Below, piece after piece: positions 43,893 to 58,129 of a stretch of 64,000 nucleotides of DNA. The DNA lies in the NCBI GenBank assembly GCA_964016885.1, contig OZ024743.1, positions 558,001 through 622,000 of the forward strand, in the 5' to 3' direction. The position numbers were made by a program, and so were the translations under genes. Under the pieces are notes generated by a model. That model was not told the origin of the DNA, did no database searches, and saw only the letters and a program-made list of their open reading frames with translations. Origin of the DNA: Eledone cirrhosa. Its lineage: Eukaryota. Each line of letters starts with the position of its first letter. Within the stretch, counting starts at the first letter, position 1.

Positions 43893-45690
43893 TTGCAAAA
43901 GAAACTGCCTCAGTACACTGCCACTCTTCCACATGGACGGTTCATTAACCGAAAACCCCCAAGAGATATGTGAAATACTGAACAAACAGTACAAAAGTGT
44001 GTTCACATGTCCACTGAGGCACATGCAAATAACGAATCCAGAGGAGTTCTTTGATGCCACAACACTACCTCAAGAAATGGCAACCATCAACGACCTAGAC
44101 ATAACGGAGGAGGATGTGGTGTACGCCATTGATGAAATTAGAACAGACTCGGCTGCTGGACCTGATGGATTCCCAGCAGTTCTCTTAAAAATATGTAAGC
44201 GGGCCTTAGCAACTCCACTGAAGATGCTCTTCAGAAGCTCCTTGGCTAGCGGTGTACTACCCAGGGAGCTGAAAGAAGGCACAATATGCCCTATCCATAA
44301 AGGAGGTAGTAGAGCGGAGGCCAAGAACTATAGGCCAGTCTCCCTGACGGCGCATATCATTAAGGTCATGGAGCGAGTCGTCAGAAAGAAACTAATCACT
44401 TTCCTCGAGGAAAATGACCGCCTGACTAGCACGCAACATGGCTTCCGCCCAGGAAGAAGCTGCCTTAGACAGCTGCTACATCACTACGGCTGGGTACTGA
44501 GACAACTACTAGACAGCTCACATGTGGACGTGATATATCTTGACTTTGCGAAGGCCTTTGACAAGGTCGACCACGGAATGATATGTCACAAACTACACGG
44601 ACTCGGCTTAACTGGAAAAGTAGGTGAGTGGCTGCATGGCTTCCTAAGGGACAGAAGCCAGGCAGTCGCAGCAAATGGGGCCCTCTCGAGGGAAACACCA
44701 ATAACAAGTGGGGTGCCCCAGAGGACAGTCCTGGGACCACTACTGTTTTTGGTGGCTCTCTCGGACATGCCCTCTGTGGTGCATGCAACAACATCACTGA
44801 CTAGCTATGCTGATGACACTAAGGTAGCACAGGCAATCCAAAACCCGACTGACGCTGCCCTTTTACAGCAGGATTTGGATGCCATATACAAATGGGCGGA
44901 AGAAAACAACATGCAGTTTAATGCTGGAAAATTCCAAGCCCTACAATACAAACCTGCAAACACAAATATAGTGGAACACAGCTACACAGGACCAGGAGGG
45001 ACCGATATCCCCGTGTCTAAATCGATACACGACCTGGGCATAGACATGAGCGATGATGCATCTTTTTCTTCACACATCATGAAGGTGGCGACAATGTGCA
45101 GATGACTCGCTGGCTGGATCTTGAGGACTTTCCGGACAAGAGATCGAGACACCATGTTGACACTGTGGAGGACTTTTGTCCTAAGCCGCCTGGACTACTG
45201 CTCCCAGTTGTGGTCACCCCATAGTGTCAAACTAACCACGGAGCTTGAGGCAATCCAGCGAAGCTACACCAAGAGGATTGCCAAGATGAAGGGAGACAAG
45301 CTACTGGGAGAGGCTAAAGGAACTGAACCTCTACTCCTTGGAGCGAAGACGGGAGAGATACGCAGTGATCTACATGTGGAAAATTCTGGAGGGACTAGCA
45401 CTATTGCAATAGCCTGGGATTCAAGGGGCCTCAACACTTCAACAGGCTGCCGAGGGATCTGAGAGACTTGCATGACGTGGAGGTGGATGTCTTTAAGAAA
45501 CATCTCGACACCTTGTTATCCAGGATCCCGGATGAGCCCATAACAAGACACGAGGGAAACCTAAGGGCAGCAGCAACAAACTCCCTCTTACACCAGTGGC
45601 CAACCTATACAGGCTGGAGATAAAATGTGTAGCAACAAGGGCGGTGCCCCACATGGCCTCAGCCGGATGGCTGAAACAGGTAAAAGAGTA
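43893..45690 (+). mobile_element. 5'-truncated CR1/L2-group LINE (RT pseudogene with intact 3' end)
   Basis: [68 protein letters not shown]; stop at 45103 and frameshifts; 3' stem-loop TCAGCCGGATGGCTGA plus GTAAAAGAGT. Confidence 0.92.
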
Positions 45691-46089
45691 TATATATGTA
45701 TATATATATATATGAATATATATTCATGTATATATATATATGTATATATATATATATGAATATATATTCATGTATATATATATATGTATATATATATATA
45801 TGTATATATATGAATATGTATATATATGTATATATATGTATATATATATGTATATATATGTATATATATATATGTATATATATATGTATATATATATATG
45901 TATATATATGTATATATATATATTTGTATATATATATATATATATATATATTTATGTATATATTATATATATATGTAGATATATATGTAGATATATATGT
46001 AGATATATATGTATATATATATATATGTATGTATATATATATATGTATATATATATGTATATATATATGTATGTATATATATATGTATG

Positions 46090-46120
<31 letters not shown>

Positions 46121-46170
46121 GTATATATATATGTATATATATATGTATATGTATATATATATATATGTAT

Positions 46171-46204
<34 letters not shown>

Positions 46205-46398
46205 GTATATATATGTATATATATATGTGTATATGTATATGTATATATATATAGATGTATGTGTATATGTATATGTATATGTATATATATGTATATGTAT
46301 ACATATATATATATTTATGTATATATTTATGTATATGTATGTATATATATATATATATATATGTATATATTTATGTATATGTATATATATATATGTAT

Positions 46399-46430
<32 letters not shown>

Positions 46431-46715
46431 GTATATATATATGTATATATATATATGTATATGTATATATATATATATGTATATATATATGTATATATAT
46501 ATGTATATATGTAAATATATATTTATATATGTATATATATATATGTATGTATATATATATGTATATATATATATGTATCTATATATATATGTATATATAT
46601 GTATGTATAAATATATGTATATATCTATATATGTATATATATGTATGTATAAATATATGTATATATCTATATATGTATATATATGTATATATATGTATAT
46701 ATATGTATATATATG

Positions 46716-46770
<55 letters not shown>

Positions 46771-46819
46771 GTATATATATGTATATATCTATATATATGT
46801 ATATATATGTATATATATG

Positions 46820-46854
<35 letters not shown>

Positions 46855-46921
46855 GTATATATATAGATATATGTATATATATATATATGTATACATATAT
46901 ATATATGTATACATATATATG

Positions 46922-46975
<54 letters not shown>

Positions 46976-47087
46976 AATATATATATATATATATTTGTAT
47001 ATATATATATGTGTATATATATATATGTATATATATATGTATATATATATGTATATATATATGTATATATATATATATATATATATA

Positions 47088-47370
47088 CAGTAATTAGGAG
47101 TATTCCAAAGCTTGGTAGAACAAGTTGTGAGGAAAGTTCTCAACATACGTTAAGGTGACTCGACAGGTTGGTAGGGATTCAGTAGTGGAAACACGAACAA
47201 ACGAGGAGTGTAATCAAAGAAGAGAAATAGGACGAAGGTAAACAGTTACAAAAGAATTTAATCCACGTATTAACAATTGTTTCATCAGAATTTCAGTCCA
47301 TTATTGCTACACTATGTAATAATAGGCAATCAAGAAAGATACTGTAGCATCCGAATTTTCAAAATACAAA
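47088..47370 (-). mobile_element. PLE-type terminal fragment with U3-A8 HHR-like motif (47267-47367)
   Basis: gtatt TTGAAAA t tcgga...tctga t GAAAC aatt GTT aatac. Confidence 0.6.
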
Positions 47371-47407
47371 GTTGGAATCAATATATATATATATGTGTAT
47401 ATTTATA

Positions 47408-47460
<53 letters not shown>

Positions 47461-47684
47461 ATGAATTCTTTTACAATGGAATCAGCTCGAAGGAGGAAAA
47501 TACCCCCTGAGCAGTGTATAAATTAATATGTATGTGATGAAACACAGATACCAACACATCTGTATATATATTGCAAAAGAAAAATTTAGCCAGATTTAAG
47601 TATACTAATTATTATACTACAGTTTGTCCATATCGATTTAAAATAATAAATCAACGAAGACGAACTGTATTGCCAAGAGGCCGT

Positions 47685-47812
47685 GATGTTTAGACACATT
47701 TAAATTTCAAAATCAAACCTGTTCCGTAGATAAGTTTAAACTTTAAGATCCAAATATGTTTCGAGTTAAATAAGTGTAGGAATATCATGTCCTGCACTCC
47801 TCAGTAAACATC
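47685..47812 (-). ncRNA. Type I hammerhead ribozyme (family C)
   Basis: Same fold as 42839-42966; canonical CUGAGGA/GAAA/GUC. Confidence 0.85.
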
Positions 47813-48699
47813 CAGAGACAAATTGATATGCTTCACTTCTAAATAATTTAAAAGACTGCGTGACGCACATGGTTTTACAGTATCTAACTAGTCTCATAAC
47901 CGTACTGCTAGAAATAACAGTCGTATATATGAGGCGGCTTGCAGCTCAAACTAGGAGCAGTTAAAATTAATAAGGTAATGAATTCTTTTACAATGGAATC
48001 AGCTCGAAGGAGGAAAATACCCCCTGAGCAGTGTATAAATTAATATGTATGTGATGAAACACAGATACCAACACATCTGTATATATATTGCAAAAGAAAA
48101 ATTTAGCCAGATTGAAGTATACTAATTATTATACTACAGTTTGTCCATATCGATTTAAAATAATAAATCAACGAAGACGAACTGTATTGCCAAGAGGCCA
48201 GCAGGACATGATATTCCTACACTTATTTAACTCGAAACATATTTGGATCTTAAAGTTTAAACTTATCTACGGAACAGGTTTGATTCTGAAATTTAAATGT
48301 GTCTAAACATCACGGCCTCTTGGCAATACAGTTCGTCTTCGTTGATTTATTATTTTAAATCGATATGGACAAACTGTAGTATAATAATTAGTATACTTAA
48401 ATCTGGCTAAATTTTTCTTTTGCAATATATATACAGATGTGTTGGTATCTGTGTTTCATCACATACATATTAATTATACACTGCTCAGGGGGTATTTTCC
48501 TCCTTCGAGCTGATTCCATTGTAAAAGAATTCATTACCTTATTAATTTTAACTGCTCCTAGTTTGAGCTGCAAGCCGCCTCATATATACGACTGTTATTT
48601 CTAGCAGTACGGTTATGAGACTAGTTAGATACTGTAAAACCATGTGCGTCACGCAGTCTTTTAAATTATTTAGAAGTGAAGCATATCAATTTGTCTCTG

Positions 48700-48827
48700 G
48701 ATGTTTACTGAGGAGTGCAGGACATGATATTCCTACACTTATTTAACTCGAAACATATTTGGATCTTAAAGTTTAAACTTATCTACGGAACAGGTTTGAT
48801 TTTGAAATTTAAATGTGTCTAAACATC
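48700..48827 (+). ncRNA. Type I hammerhead ribozyme (family C)
   Basis: gatgttta CTGAGGA gtg..ctc GAAAC...GTC taaacatc; predicted cut after 48819. Confidence 0.85.
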
Positions 48828-48988
48828 ACGGCCTCTTGGCAATACAGTTCGTCTTCGTTGATTTATTATTTTAAATCGATATGGACAAACTGTAGTATAA
48901 TAATTAGTATACTTCAATCTGGCTAAATTTTTCTTTTGCAATATATATACAGATGTGTTGGTATCTGTGTTTCATCACATACATATTA

Positions 48989-49038
<50 letters not shown>

Positions 49039-49505
49039 AATGAATAATAACAGGTAGACATCATAAAAAGGTAATTTATTCCGTGTGCTTACAAATGTTT
49101 CCACGGTGGTACTACAGCCTAGTTATATATATGTATATATATATATGTATATATATATATGTATCTATATATATATATATGTATTTTAGCCTAAGAAAAT
49201 ATCTATATGCGTGTGTAATTTATACACGCATATATTTATTTTTTAATTTCAATTGAGTTCTTAACACGTTGGATTGATAATGTTTTCGAAAAAACTGATT
49301 AACCCGCGTGTATATTATTTTCTTTCCTCCTTTCGTGGATCGTAGTTGTCTCCCCTTTCTGCTTAGTGACGCTATAACACTTCCTCAGTCAAAAACTGCT
49401 GGAATTTCAAATTTGCCGGTCATTCGATGCGGGAAGGAGCAATTTAACGGACACGATTTTTAACTGTGGTAAGAAATGTTTTTCTTATATCAAAGTTTAA
49501 TGGGC

Positions 49506-49630
49506 TTCCACTGATGATTTATAAGCGCCCACCTAAATATATTCTTACATGAATGTACATTAGGCTTCTAGATAAACTGGAAATATTCTCCGAATTTGTA
49601 GAAAACTTATAATGAAACAATTGTTTGGAA
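49506..49630 (+). ncRNA. Type I hammerhead ribozyme with large stem II insertion
   Basis: ttcca CTGATGA t ttataag...cttataa t GAAAC aatt GTT tggaa. Confidence 0.75.
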
Positions 49631-50502
49631 AGAGAGATATATTTTAACTTTAATTATATCTCATAAAATAATACAACTGGCTTTTCTACATAATACATAT
49701 TGTTAGCACCTCAAACACTTAAATTGGGTTTATATTAAAATATAACCTAATGTTTGTTGAGTGAGATGGTTACCAGTCAGAGATTAGCTTTAAACTATCT
49801 CTGTTATTGTATTAATATTTTACTCTTGATTGGCCAGAGGTGTTTATTTCCAGGTACCTTATAAATTTGACTTTCCGTAATTATTACTGTTGTGCGATAT
49901 TGTGGTTTTTATTGGTTGTAACTTCTCTGTTTTTTAGCCTAAGAAAATATATATATGCCTATGTATATAATTACATGCATACATTTATTTTTTAAAATTA
50001 ATTGAGTTCTTTACACGAGGAATTGATATTAGTTTTGAAATAGCTAATTAACCCGCGTGTGTTCTATATTTTACTCTTAATTCGGCCGGAGATTTACATT
50101 CCCATTTACCCTTTAAAGCACAACTTTCCGTATTTACTACGGTTACGAGATGCGGTTTCTTATTCAGGTACAACCTCTGATTTTAGCCTAAGAAAATATC
50201 TATATGCGTGTGTAATTTATACACGCATATATTTATTTTTTAATTTCAATTGAGTTCTTAACACGTTGGATTGATAATGTTTTCGAAAAAACTGATTAAC
50301 CCGCGTGTATATTATTTTTTTTCCTCCTTTCGTGGATCGTAGTTGTCTCCCCTTCCTGCTTAGTGACGCTATAACACTTCCTCAGTCAAAAACTGCTGGA
50401 ATTTCAAATTTGCCGGTCATTCTATGCGGGAAGGAGCAATTTAACGGACACGATTTTTAACTGTGGTAAGAAATGTTTTTCTTATATCAAAGTTTAATGG
50501 GC

Positions 50503-50627
50503 TTCCACTGATGATTTACAGGCGCCCACCTAAATATATTCTTACATGAATGTATATTAGGCTTCTACATAAACTGGAAATATTCTCCGAATTTGTAGAA
50601 AACTTATAATGAAACAATTGTTTGGAA
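50503..50627 (+). ncRNA. Type I hammerhead ribozyme, second unit
   Basis: Same motif 997 bp downstream; two changes in the 5' strand of stem II. Confidence 0.7.
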
Positions 50628-50845
50628 AGAGAGATAAATTTTAACTTTAATTATATCTCATAAAATAATACAACTGGCTTTTCCACATAATACATATTGT
50701 TGGCACCCCAAACACTTAAATTGGGTTTATATTAAAATATAACCTAATGTTTGTTGAGTGAGATGGTTACCAGTCAGAGATTAGCTTTAAACTATCTCTG
50801 TTGTATTAATATATGTATATATATATATTTATATTTATATATTTT

Positions 50846-50879
<34 letters not shown>

Positions 50880-50916
50880 AATATATAAATATAAATATAT
50901 ATATATACACACACAC

Positions 50917-51000
<84 letters not shown>

Positions 51001-51047
51001 GTATATATATATATGTGTATATATATATATTTATATTTATATATTTT

Positions 51048-51085
<38 letters not shown>

Positions 51086-51086
51086 T

Positions 51087-51409
51087 ATATTGGTAAACGG
51101 AATAGAAAATGCTGACAAATTGTTCACAGTTGAAAAATAGTTTAATTAGGAATAAAAGAGTGTTAGTAATTGTATTGGTTAGTATTCAGTTGTGGTTTTC
51201 ACGGACGCTCTATCTCAAAATTATTTTTGAAAAGCATTTAGAAATGCGCAACCGGTAAAAACTTAAAACCACAACTGAATACTAACCAATACAATTACTA
51301 ATACTCTTTTATTCCTAATTAAACTATTTTTCAACTGTGAACAATTTGTCACCATTTTCTATTCCGTTTACCAATATATAATAACTTGTGTGTTACACCT
51401 CTATTCTTT

Positions 51410-51413
<4 letters not shown>
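51087..51413 (+). mobile_element. Fold-back insert, about 113-bp arms, with U3-A8 HHR-like motif in the loop (51224-51260)
   Basis: 51087-51199 is the reverse complement of 51265-51377; ttt TTGAAAA gcattt ag aaatgc GCAAC cg GTA aaa. Confidence 0.85.
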
Positions 51414-51480
<67 letters not shown>

Positions 51481-51626
51481 ACATATATATTTATATTTAT
51501 ATATTTATTTATATATATATATATTTATATTAGTTTTGCGAGGTTTTTTAAAACACTATATTTATATTTATATATTTATATATATAAATATATGTATACA
51601 TATATATTTACATTTATATATTTATT

Positions 51627-51660
<34 letters not shown>

Positions 51661-51710
51661 TATATATATATGTATACGGGGTAACATATATATATATATG
51701 TATACGGGGT

Positions 51711-51799
<89 letters not shown>

Positions 51800-51889
51800 A
51801 TATATAAATTTATATATACTTTGAAATGTAACTTTGAAATGTTTTGGCCAGTATTAGCCCAGGCCATGTCTAACTTAATAGCACCACCT

Positions 51890-53612
51890 GGCGAAGTCTT
51901 TCAATTCAGGATTTGGGCACCATGGCCCATTCGAGAAGAGAATTACTGTTTGCGGAGACATATCCGGGTGTGGGTGGTTTGTCCGGGATTACTTGAAGGA
52001 ATTTGTCCAAAGACTTCTTGAATTTCGTGTGGGCAGTTTCTGTTTTGACGTGTCCTGGTGTGATGTTGAAGAGAGCAGGGCCAATTGAGGTGAAATAATT
52101 GTGCCGTATTGTTGTTATGAGTTGCGATTTAGATTTTTGTTTGGGGCGGATAGCCCGGGGCACAAACCTTGGGTGTATTTTGAAGCTGATGCCAACATCA
52201 TTTGGGCAGTGCTGATGAAACATTTTCCACATCATGCAGATAATATAACGCTCACGGCGACGTTGGAGTGAGTAAAGATTCAGCTTTTCTAGTCGACCCC
52301 AGTAGTCAAGGTCTGACATGCCATCTATCTTTTTCGTGATTGCCATTTGGGGAGCTTCAAGTTTCATGATACTTTGTTTCGTGTGGGGAGACCACAGTGG
52401 ACAACAGTATTCAAGGTGTGGTCGGGCAAAAGTAGAGAAGAGAAGGATAATGGTATGGGAATCTCTCGACTGAAAGGTTCTGAGTATCCAGGAACACATT
52501 CTGCGGGCCTATGTCAACTTTGCTGCTTATATGTGTGGCCCAGCTTATGTTGCTGTCCACGGTTACTCCCAAGTCTCTGATGTTGTTAGATGCCACGAGA
52601 GTTTCACCGGAGGGAAGGTAGTTTGGGAGTTTCAGAGCATCCTCTTTTCCAAAGTGGATCAGTTCTAATTTGTCTTCGTTCAATAAATGTTGTTCTTTTC
52701 CGCCCATTGGGTAACAGCCAGTAGGTCTGACTGAAGGCTTATCCGGTCATCCTCGCTATTGATGACCTTTTGGAGCTTGGAATCATCAGCGAAAATTCTA
52801 ATGTTGCTGTGTTTGATGATGTCAGTGATGTCATTAATATAGATGATGAAGAGAAGTGGGCCCAACACAGTGCGCTGTGGGACCCCCACTACTGACTTTG
52901 GCTGGGCTGGATTTGATTCCTTCGGCTACAACATGTTGGATTCTGTTTGACAGGAAGCACTTGATCCATTGCAGCAACTTTCCAGTGACACCAATATTGG
53001 ACAGCTTTCTCAGTAGAATGTTGTGATCAACCCTGTCAAAGGCCTTGCTGAAATCAAGGTAGATAACATCAGTGTTGGAACCCTCTCCCAAGGCTCTCAA
53101 ATGTCATCAAATTGATGCAGTAGCTGCGTCAGGCAATCCCTTCCATTACGGAATCCATGATGATTGGAGTTCAGCATATTGTTACTTTCAAGGAAGTGAG
53201 TCATTCGCGATCTCACCAATCTCTCAAATACCTTAATGATATGAGAGGTGAGTGAGATTGGACGGTAATTCAGGGCAAGGGATTTGTTTCCTTTTTTGAA
53301 AACTGGGACAACAGACTGGGATAGATCGGCCATATCAGGATTGCTGAAAACAGAGCAGTATTGTTTCTGCAGTATCTCATCCATGGTTTTAACATTGTCT
53401 TGAAGAATGCCATTTTCATCAATTAGAGGGCCAACAGTAGAGCCAGTGATTTTGTGTTTTTTTGCAAATGAAAAGAACACTTTGGGATTGAGTTTGATCT
53501 CAATGGCCCAGGCCTCTTCAGCTCTTCTCTGATTGTTGATGATAGACATCATATTGTTTTGGAGGTTATGTTTTTTAATCTCTAGTGATGAAATGGCAGT
53601 CAAGTTGATGTG
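51890..53612 (-). mobile_element. Degenerate CR1/L2-group LINE
   Basis: [76 protein letters not shown] across frameshifted ORFs; internal deletion near 53320. Confidence 0.92.
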
Positions 53613-54267
53613 TACATACACAATTCCCACATATACATACATATATCTACCCTCACAAGTAGGTAGATACGCATCACTTATATATAAACATACAAATAGA
53701 CATACACGCATAAAACATATGTACATGCATGTCAATACACACATATACATATGTACACACATATAGAGAGAAGTACATATAAATACAGTACATAGTATAA
53801 TTGAGTACATAAAATACAAAACAACTATATTACGATTTGGAAATATAATTATAAGCAATATAACTTTAAAATCAATATAACTTTAAAATATTATAGAATA
53901 TTTCAAGTTATAATTTCCAGATAATAGTATGTTTAATATATTTAGTATAGAAAATGTTCTACGTATATTTAACTTAATTTTATATCCATAAGAAAAATAA
54001 ACAGAAACTTTGAAAGGATAAACTTTCGAAAATAGGAGAAGCTAACAAATAATAAAAAATAAAAAAATATAAGAAATATCAGAAATATTTTCTCCCTTCA
54101 AGAGCTCTCAGCATATTTCTCTAGAATAGTTTATTATATTTATTTAGATTTAGGAAGAAAAGTTATTTTTACTTGAGTGTATAATCATTCAAAAAAGGAT
54201 GAAGGAATCTAATGATTTATCGACAGGTTCAATATATCAATAAAATTAATTAATTAATTATATAATT

Positions 54268-55603
54268 TTACATTTTAAATTTATATTTATATTTAAACGT
54301 TGAGTTTAATCTATGTCTACAGCAACTGAATAAATTATTCCTTAAGTTCAGGGAATTTTTGGTCTTTAATATAAAGAATATTTCCTCTATACAAAGATCA
54401 CAATTTTCTGAAGAGGAGTTAAAAGGAGTAGCTTTTGAAATAATATTCCAAATCAACGAATACTCAACGTTCTTTAGTTTGAGGTCCCATAATAGGCTAG
54501 ATAGAGAAGTTGAAGATTTTTTGTTTGGATCTGTAAAATAATTTTTATGGTTATTGAATCGGGATTTAAACTCTGTGGAAGAGGATCCCACATAATTAAA
54601 TGAATTTAAATTAGTTTTTACATTACAATTATATACAATATTTTTAGCTAAGCAATTGTTATTTAACGGACAGTTAGATTTATTTCTACAGTTACATTTA
54701 TCAAATTGGATATTGCTTGGGTTATTAGTGGTATATTGGTTAGGTTTTAAATTTCTATTATTAATTCTATTAATATTTTGCGCTAAATTTTTGGTGGAAG
54801 AATAAGTTAATTTTATAGTATGTCTATTAACAATTTAGTAATATCTATGTGTTCTAGGGAAGCATTTGTCAAGAGCTTTAAAAAATAGTTTAGCAATAGG
54901 GGTTTTAATATTTAATGAGAAAGGAGGAGCGAACCATATGTTCCTAGATCTATTTCTTTTTCCTCTTTCGGAATTAATATAAGGTTTTCTATTATAGTTG
55001 TTAAAATTGTTACCATAGTTAAAATTGTTACGATTATGGTTAGTTGTCGTATTTTTATTATTATCAATGTATTTAATTTTATTTCTATACCCAGCTCTAT
55101 CTAACGCTTCGTTGTAATAGTGTGCTTTTTCATCAAATATATTCTCATTAGCTGAAATCCTCGAAATTCGTTCCTGTACAGAGTTCACTATTGTATTTTT
55201 AACGGATCTGGGGGTGATTAGAGTTAAAATTGACGTAGTTTAAGTTCTCATTTAGTTTGTGAAATGGATAATGAAGACATGTGTTAAGATTTAGTGTTAC
55301 ATCTAGAAAGTTAAATATTTTATGGTTATTCTCTATTTCTACTTTTAGATTAAGGTAATTAAAAAATTGTATAATTTGTTTTGTTTTTCTATTTAGTTCA
55401 CAGTTATTATTTTTTATAAGTAAAAGCATGTCGTCACGATATAAACCTCCGGTTATCTCAGGTATTTTCCTATGTAGAGAATTAATTATAAAGAGGCCCA
55501 CAAGATCCGTTACCTGAGCGGAATCGGATGATCCCATGGTTATATCAAAATTATTATTTCTATCTGCCCTAGTCCAGAGTTGTTTATTAAATTCTATTAA
55601 TGT
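54268..55603 (-). pseudogene. Second Naiad-type PLE ORF, 5'-truncated and disrupted
   Basis: FDITMGSSDSAQVTDLVG..GLYRDD..FLDVTLNL..SNHP; IWFAPPFS; CNCRNKSNCPLNNNC..NIVY..YVGS..CDLC..CRH; homologous to 28843-30544. Confidence 0.92.
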
Positions 55604-55604
55604 G

Positions 55605-55727
55605 TAATAAATATAGTTTCCATTTGTTAGTATCGTATTTTTACTCCAAATATTTGTTGAGTGCTTTATATCAGTTATAAAAATATTTGCTTGTTGTATC
55701 CCAACAATTTAAATAGAACTCTTACAT
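55605..55727 (+). mobile_element. Inverted pseudo-LTR tail at the 5' end of the Naiad element
   Basis: Similar to 20416-20535; opposite orientation to the ORF; runs into (TA)n. Confidence 0.8.
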
Positions 55728-55818
55728 ATATATATTTATATATATTTATATATATATATATATTTATATATATTTATATATATATATATTTATATATATT
55801 TATATATATTTATATATT

Positions 55819-55851
<33 letters not shown>

Positions 55852-55978
55852 ATTTATATATATTTATATATATATTTATATTTATATATATATTTATATA
55901 TATTTATATATATTTATATTTATATATATATTTATATATATATATATTTATATATATATTTATATATATTTATATATA

Positions 55979-56010
<32 letters not shown>

Positions 56011-56011
56011 A

Positions 56012-56062
<51 letters not shown>

Positions 56063-56087
56063 TATATAAATATATATATATATATAA

Positions 56088-56134
<47 letters not shown>

Positions 56135-56315
56135 TATATAAATATATATATTTATATATATAAATATATATATATATATAATATATATATATTTATATAT
56201 ATAAATATATATAAATATATATATTTATATATATATATATTTATATATATTTATATATATATTTATATATATTTATATATATTTATATATATAAATATAT
56301 ATATTTATATATATT

Positions 56316-56346
<31 letters not shown>

Positions 56347-56371
56347 TTATATATATATATATATACATGCT

Positions 56372-56402
<31 letters not shown>

Positions 56403-56506
56403 ATGCTAATATATATACATATATATATGCTTATATATATGCTTATATATATGCTTATACATATACTTATATATATCAAAAACCTCGCAAAACTAATTCA
56501 TCGCCG

Positions 56507-56574
<68 letters not shown>

Positions 56575-56730
56575 TAATATATATATATATGCATATATAT
56601 ATGCTAATATTTATATACATATATGCTTATATATATGCTAATATATATATGCTTCTATATATGCTTCTATATATATATATATGCTTATATATATATGCTA
56701 ATATATATATGCTTATATATATATATATAT
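55727..56730. repeat. Interrupted (TA)n field with TTTA, TAAA and ATGCTT variants
   Basis: Direct reading. Confidence 0.95.
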
Positions 56731-56734
56731 GCTT

Positions 56735-57692
56735 TTTACACCTGATGGGATGACAGAGTTCTTTGAGATACTGGCTGGAGTGCTCCAGAGATACATTGGC
56801 TCCCTAACTTTTTATTATCGTAGTGGACTATTGTATGCGCCTTGCACTGGAGAAACACCAGGACTCTGGCTTTACTGTAGCACCGGCTCAGAGCAGGAGA
56901 GTTGGGGCGAAAAAGGTATCGGATGCTGAATTGCCGACGACATAGTTTTGGTAACAAATACAGAGAAGGAGGCAGAGGATTTGATGCGGGAGGTTGAGAC
57001 TGTGTCGATGAGTGTGGGGCTGAGAATGAATGAGACTAAAACAAAATATCTGGTAGAGAATGTTGAGAAGCCAGAGGGGATCACTAATGTAGGCGGGAAG
57101 CCGCTGGAATTGGTTGAGGACTTCCTGTATTTGGGAGCAAAGATTGGGAATACGGAAGATGATGTGGTTGAGAGGAAGAGCAAGGCCTGGGCGGCGTGCC
57201 ACAGCTTGAGATCGGTGTGGAAGTCGGACCTTCGTAGAGACCTGAAAATCCGCCTCTTCATTGCTGTAGTGGAGTCTGTGCTGCTGTGTGGGTCTGAGAC
57301 TTGGACACTGACCAAGAAACTCACTCAGATGGTGGATGGGTGCTACCCGAGAATGCTGAGGATGGCTCTGAACATTAATCAGTATACACTGAGGATGAAA
57401 AACTCAGAGCTGTATGGGACCATCACAAAAGTCAGCTCAAAAGTGACACAGAGGAGACTGAGGTTAGCTGGACATGCTCACCGACATCCAGAGTTGACAT
57501 TGCACTCAGTACTCCTTTGGGAGCCCCTACATGGACACACTAGAAGAGGAAGACCAAGGTTAACGTATGTTGATGCCCTAAGGACAGACACTGGTCTGTT
57601 GGAGATGCAGGACATGGCAGCGATAATGACGGGATAGAAACTGCTGGAGAGAACTCGTCCATGGATCTCGGGAATTTTACCCTCCTTAGATA
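56735..57692 (+). mobile_element. 5'-truncated RTE-clade LINE
   Basis: [61 protein letters not shown]; (TAGA)n tail. Confidence 0.9.
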
Positions 57693-57735
57693 GATAGATA
57701 GATATATATATGCTTATATATATATATATAATGCA

Positions 57736-57782
<47 letters not shown>

Positions 57783-57800
57783 GTAATATATATATATATG

Positions 57801-57854
<54 letters not shown>

Positions 57855-58129
57855 GCACAGAACATGAATAAAGCAACTATTCTTGTTTTCACTTTTCACA
57901 AATATGTGGTTTTGCCACTTCTGGAATCTATAAATGATATCTTTCCACAACTGGTCTGGCAGGTGAAACAAACACCATTAAGATTTAGTAATGGTAGTGC
58001 TGTAGAGCTTTTATAGCATTATGTGGTGCAGCCATTTATGGGGATGTGGGTTGTAGACGCTTTGAGGATTTACTCACTCTACTAACTATGTCGTGATACG
58101 ACTGTTTGATTTATGACTGTTTGATAACG

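Larger units (their letters stand above)
47454..48995. mobile_element. Family C retrozyme-like array: 517-bp monomer, about 1.4 units minus strand joined to about 1.5 units plus strand
   Basis: TAAGGTAATGAATTC at 47454 and 47971; GCAGGACATG at 48201 and 48717; strand switch at 48199/48200; no meaningful ORF; (TA)n flanks. Confidence 0.9.
49184..50810 (+). mobile_element. Family D tandem array: 997-bp monomer, about 1.6 copies, one HHR per unit
   Basis: 49184-49810 repeated at 50181-50810 with scattered substitutions; older internal sub-repeat at 49933; (TA)n flanks. Confidence 0.9.

Noticed and set aside
43201-45105. 634-aa fusion protein
   Set aside because: The first 230 codons are (TA)n read in frame into a truncated LINE RT
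54835-54837. In-frame stop in the Naiad ORF as possible selenocysteine recoding
   Set aside because: The codon is TAA at a position that is Lys in the other copy, not TGA at a Cys position
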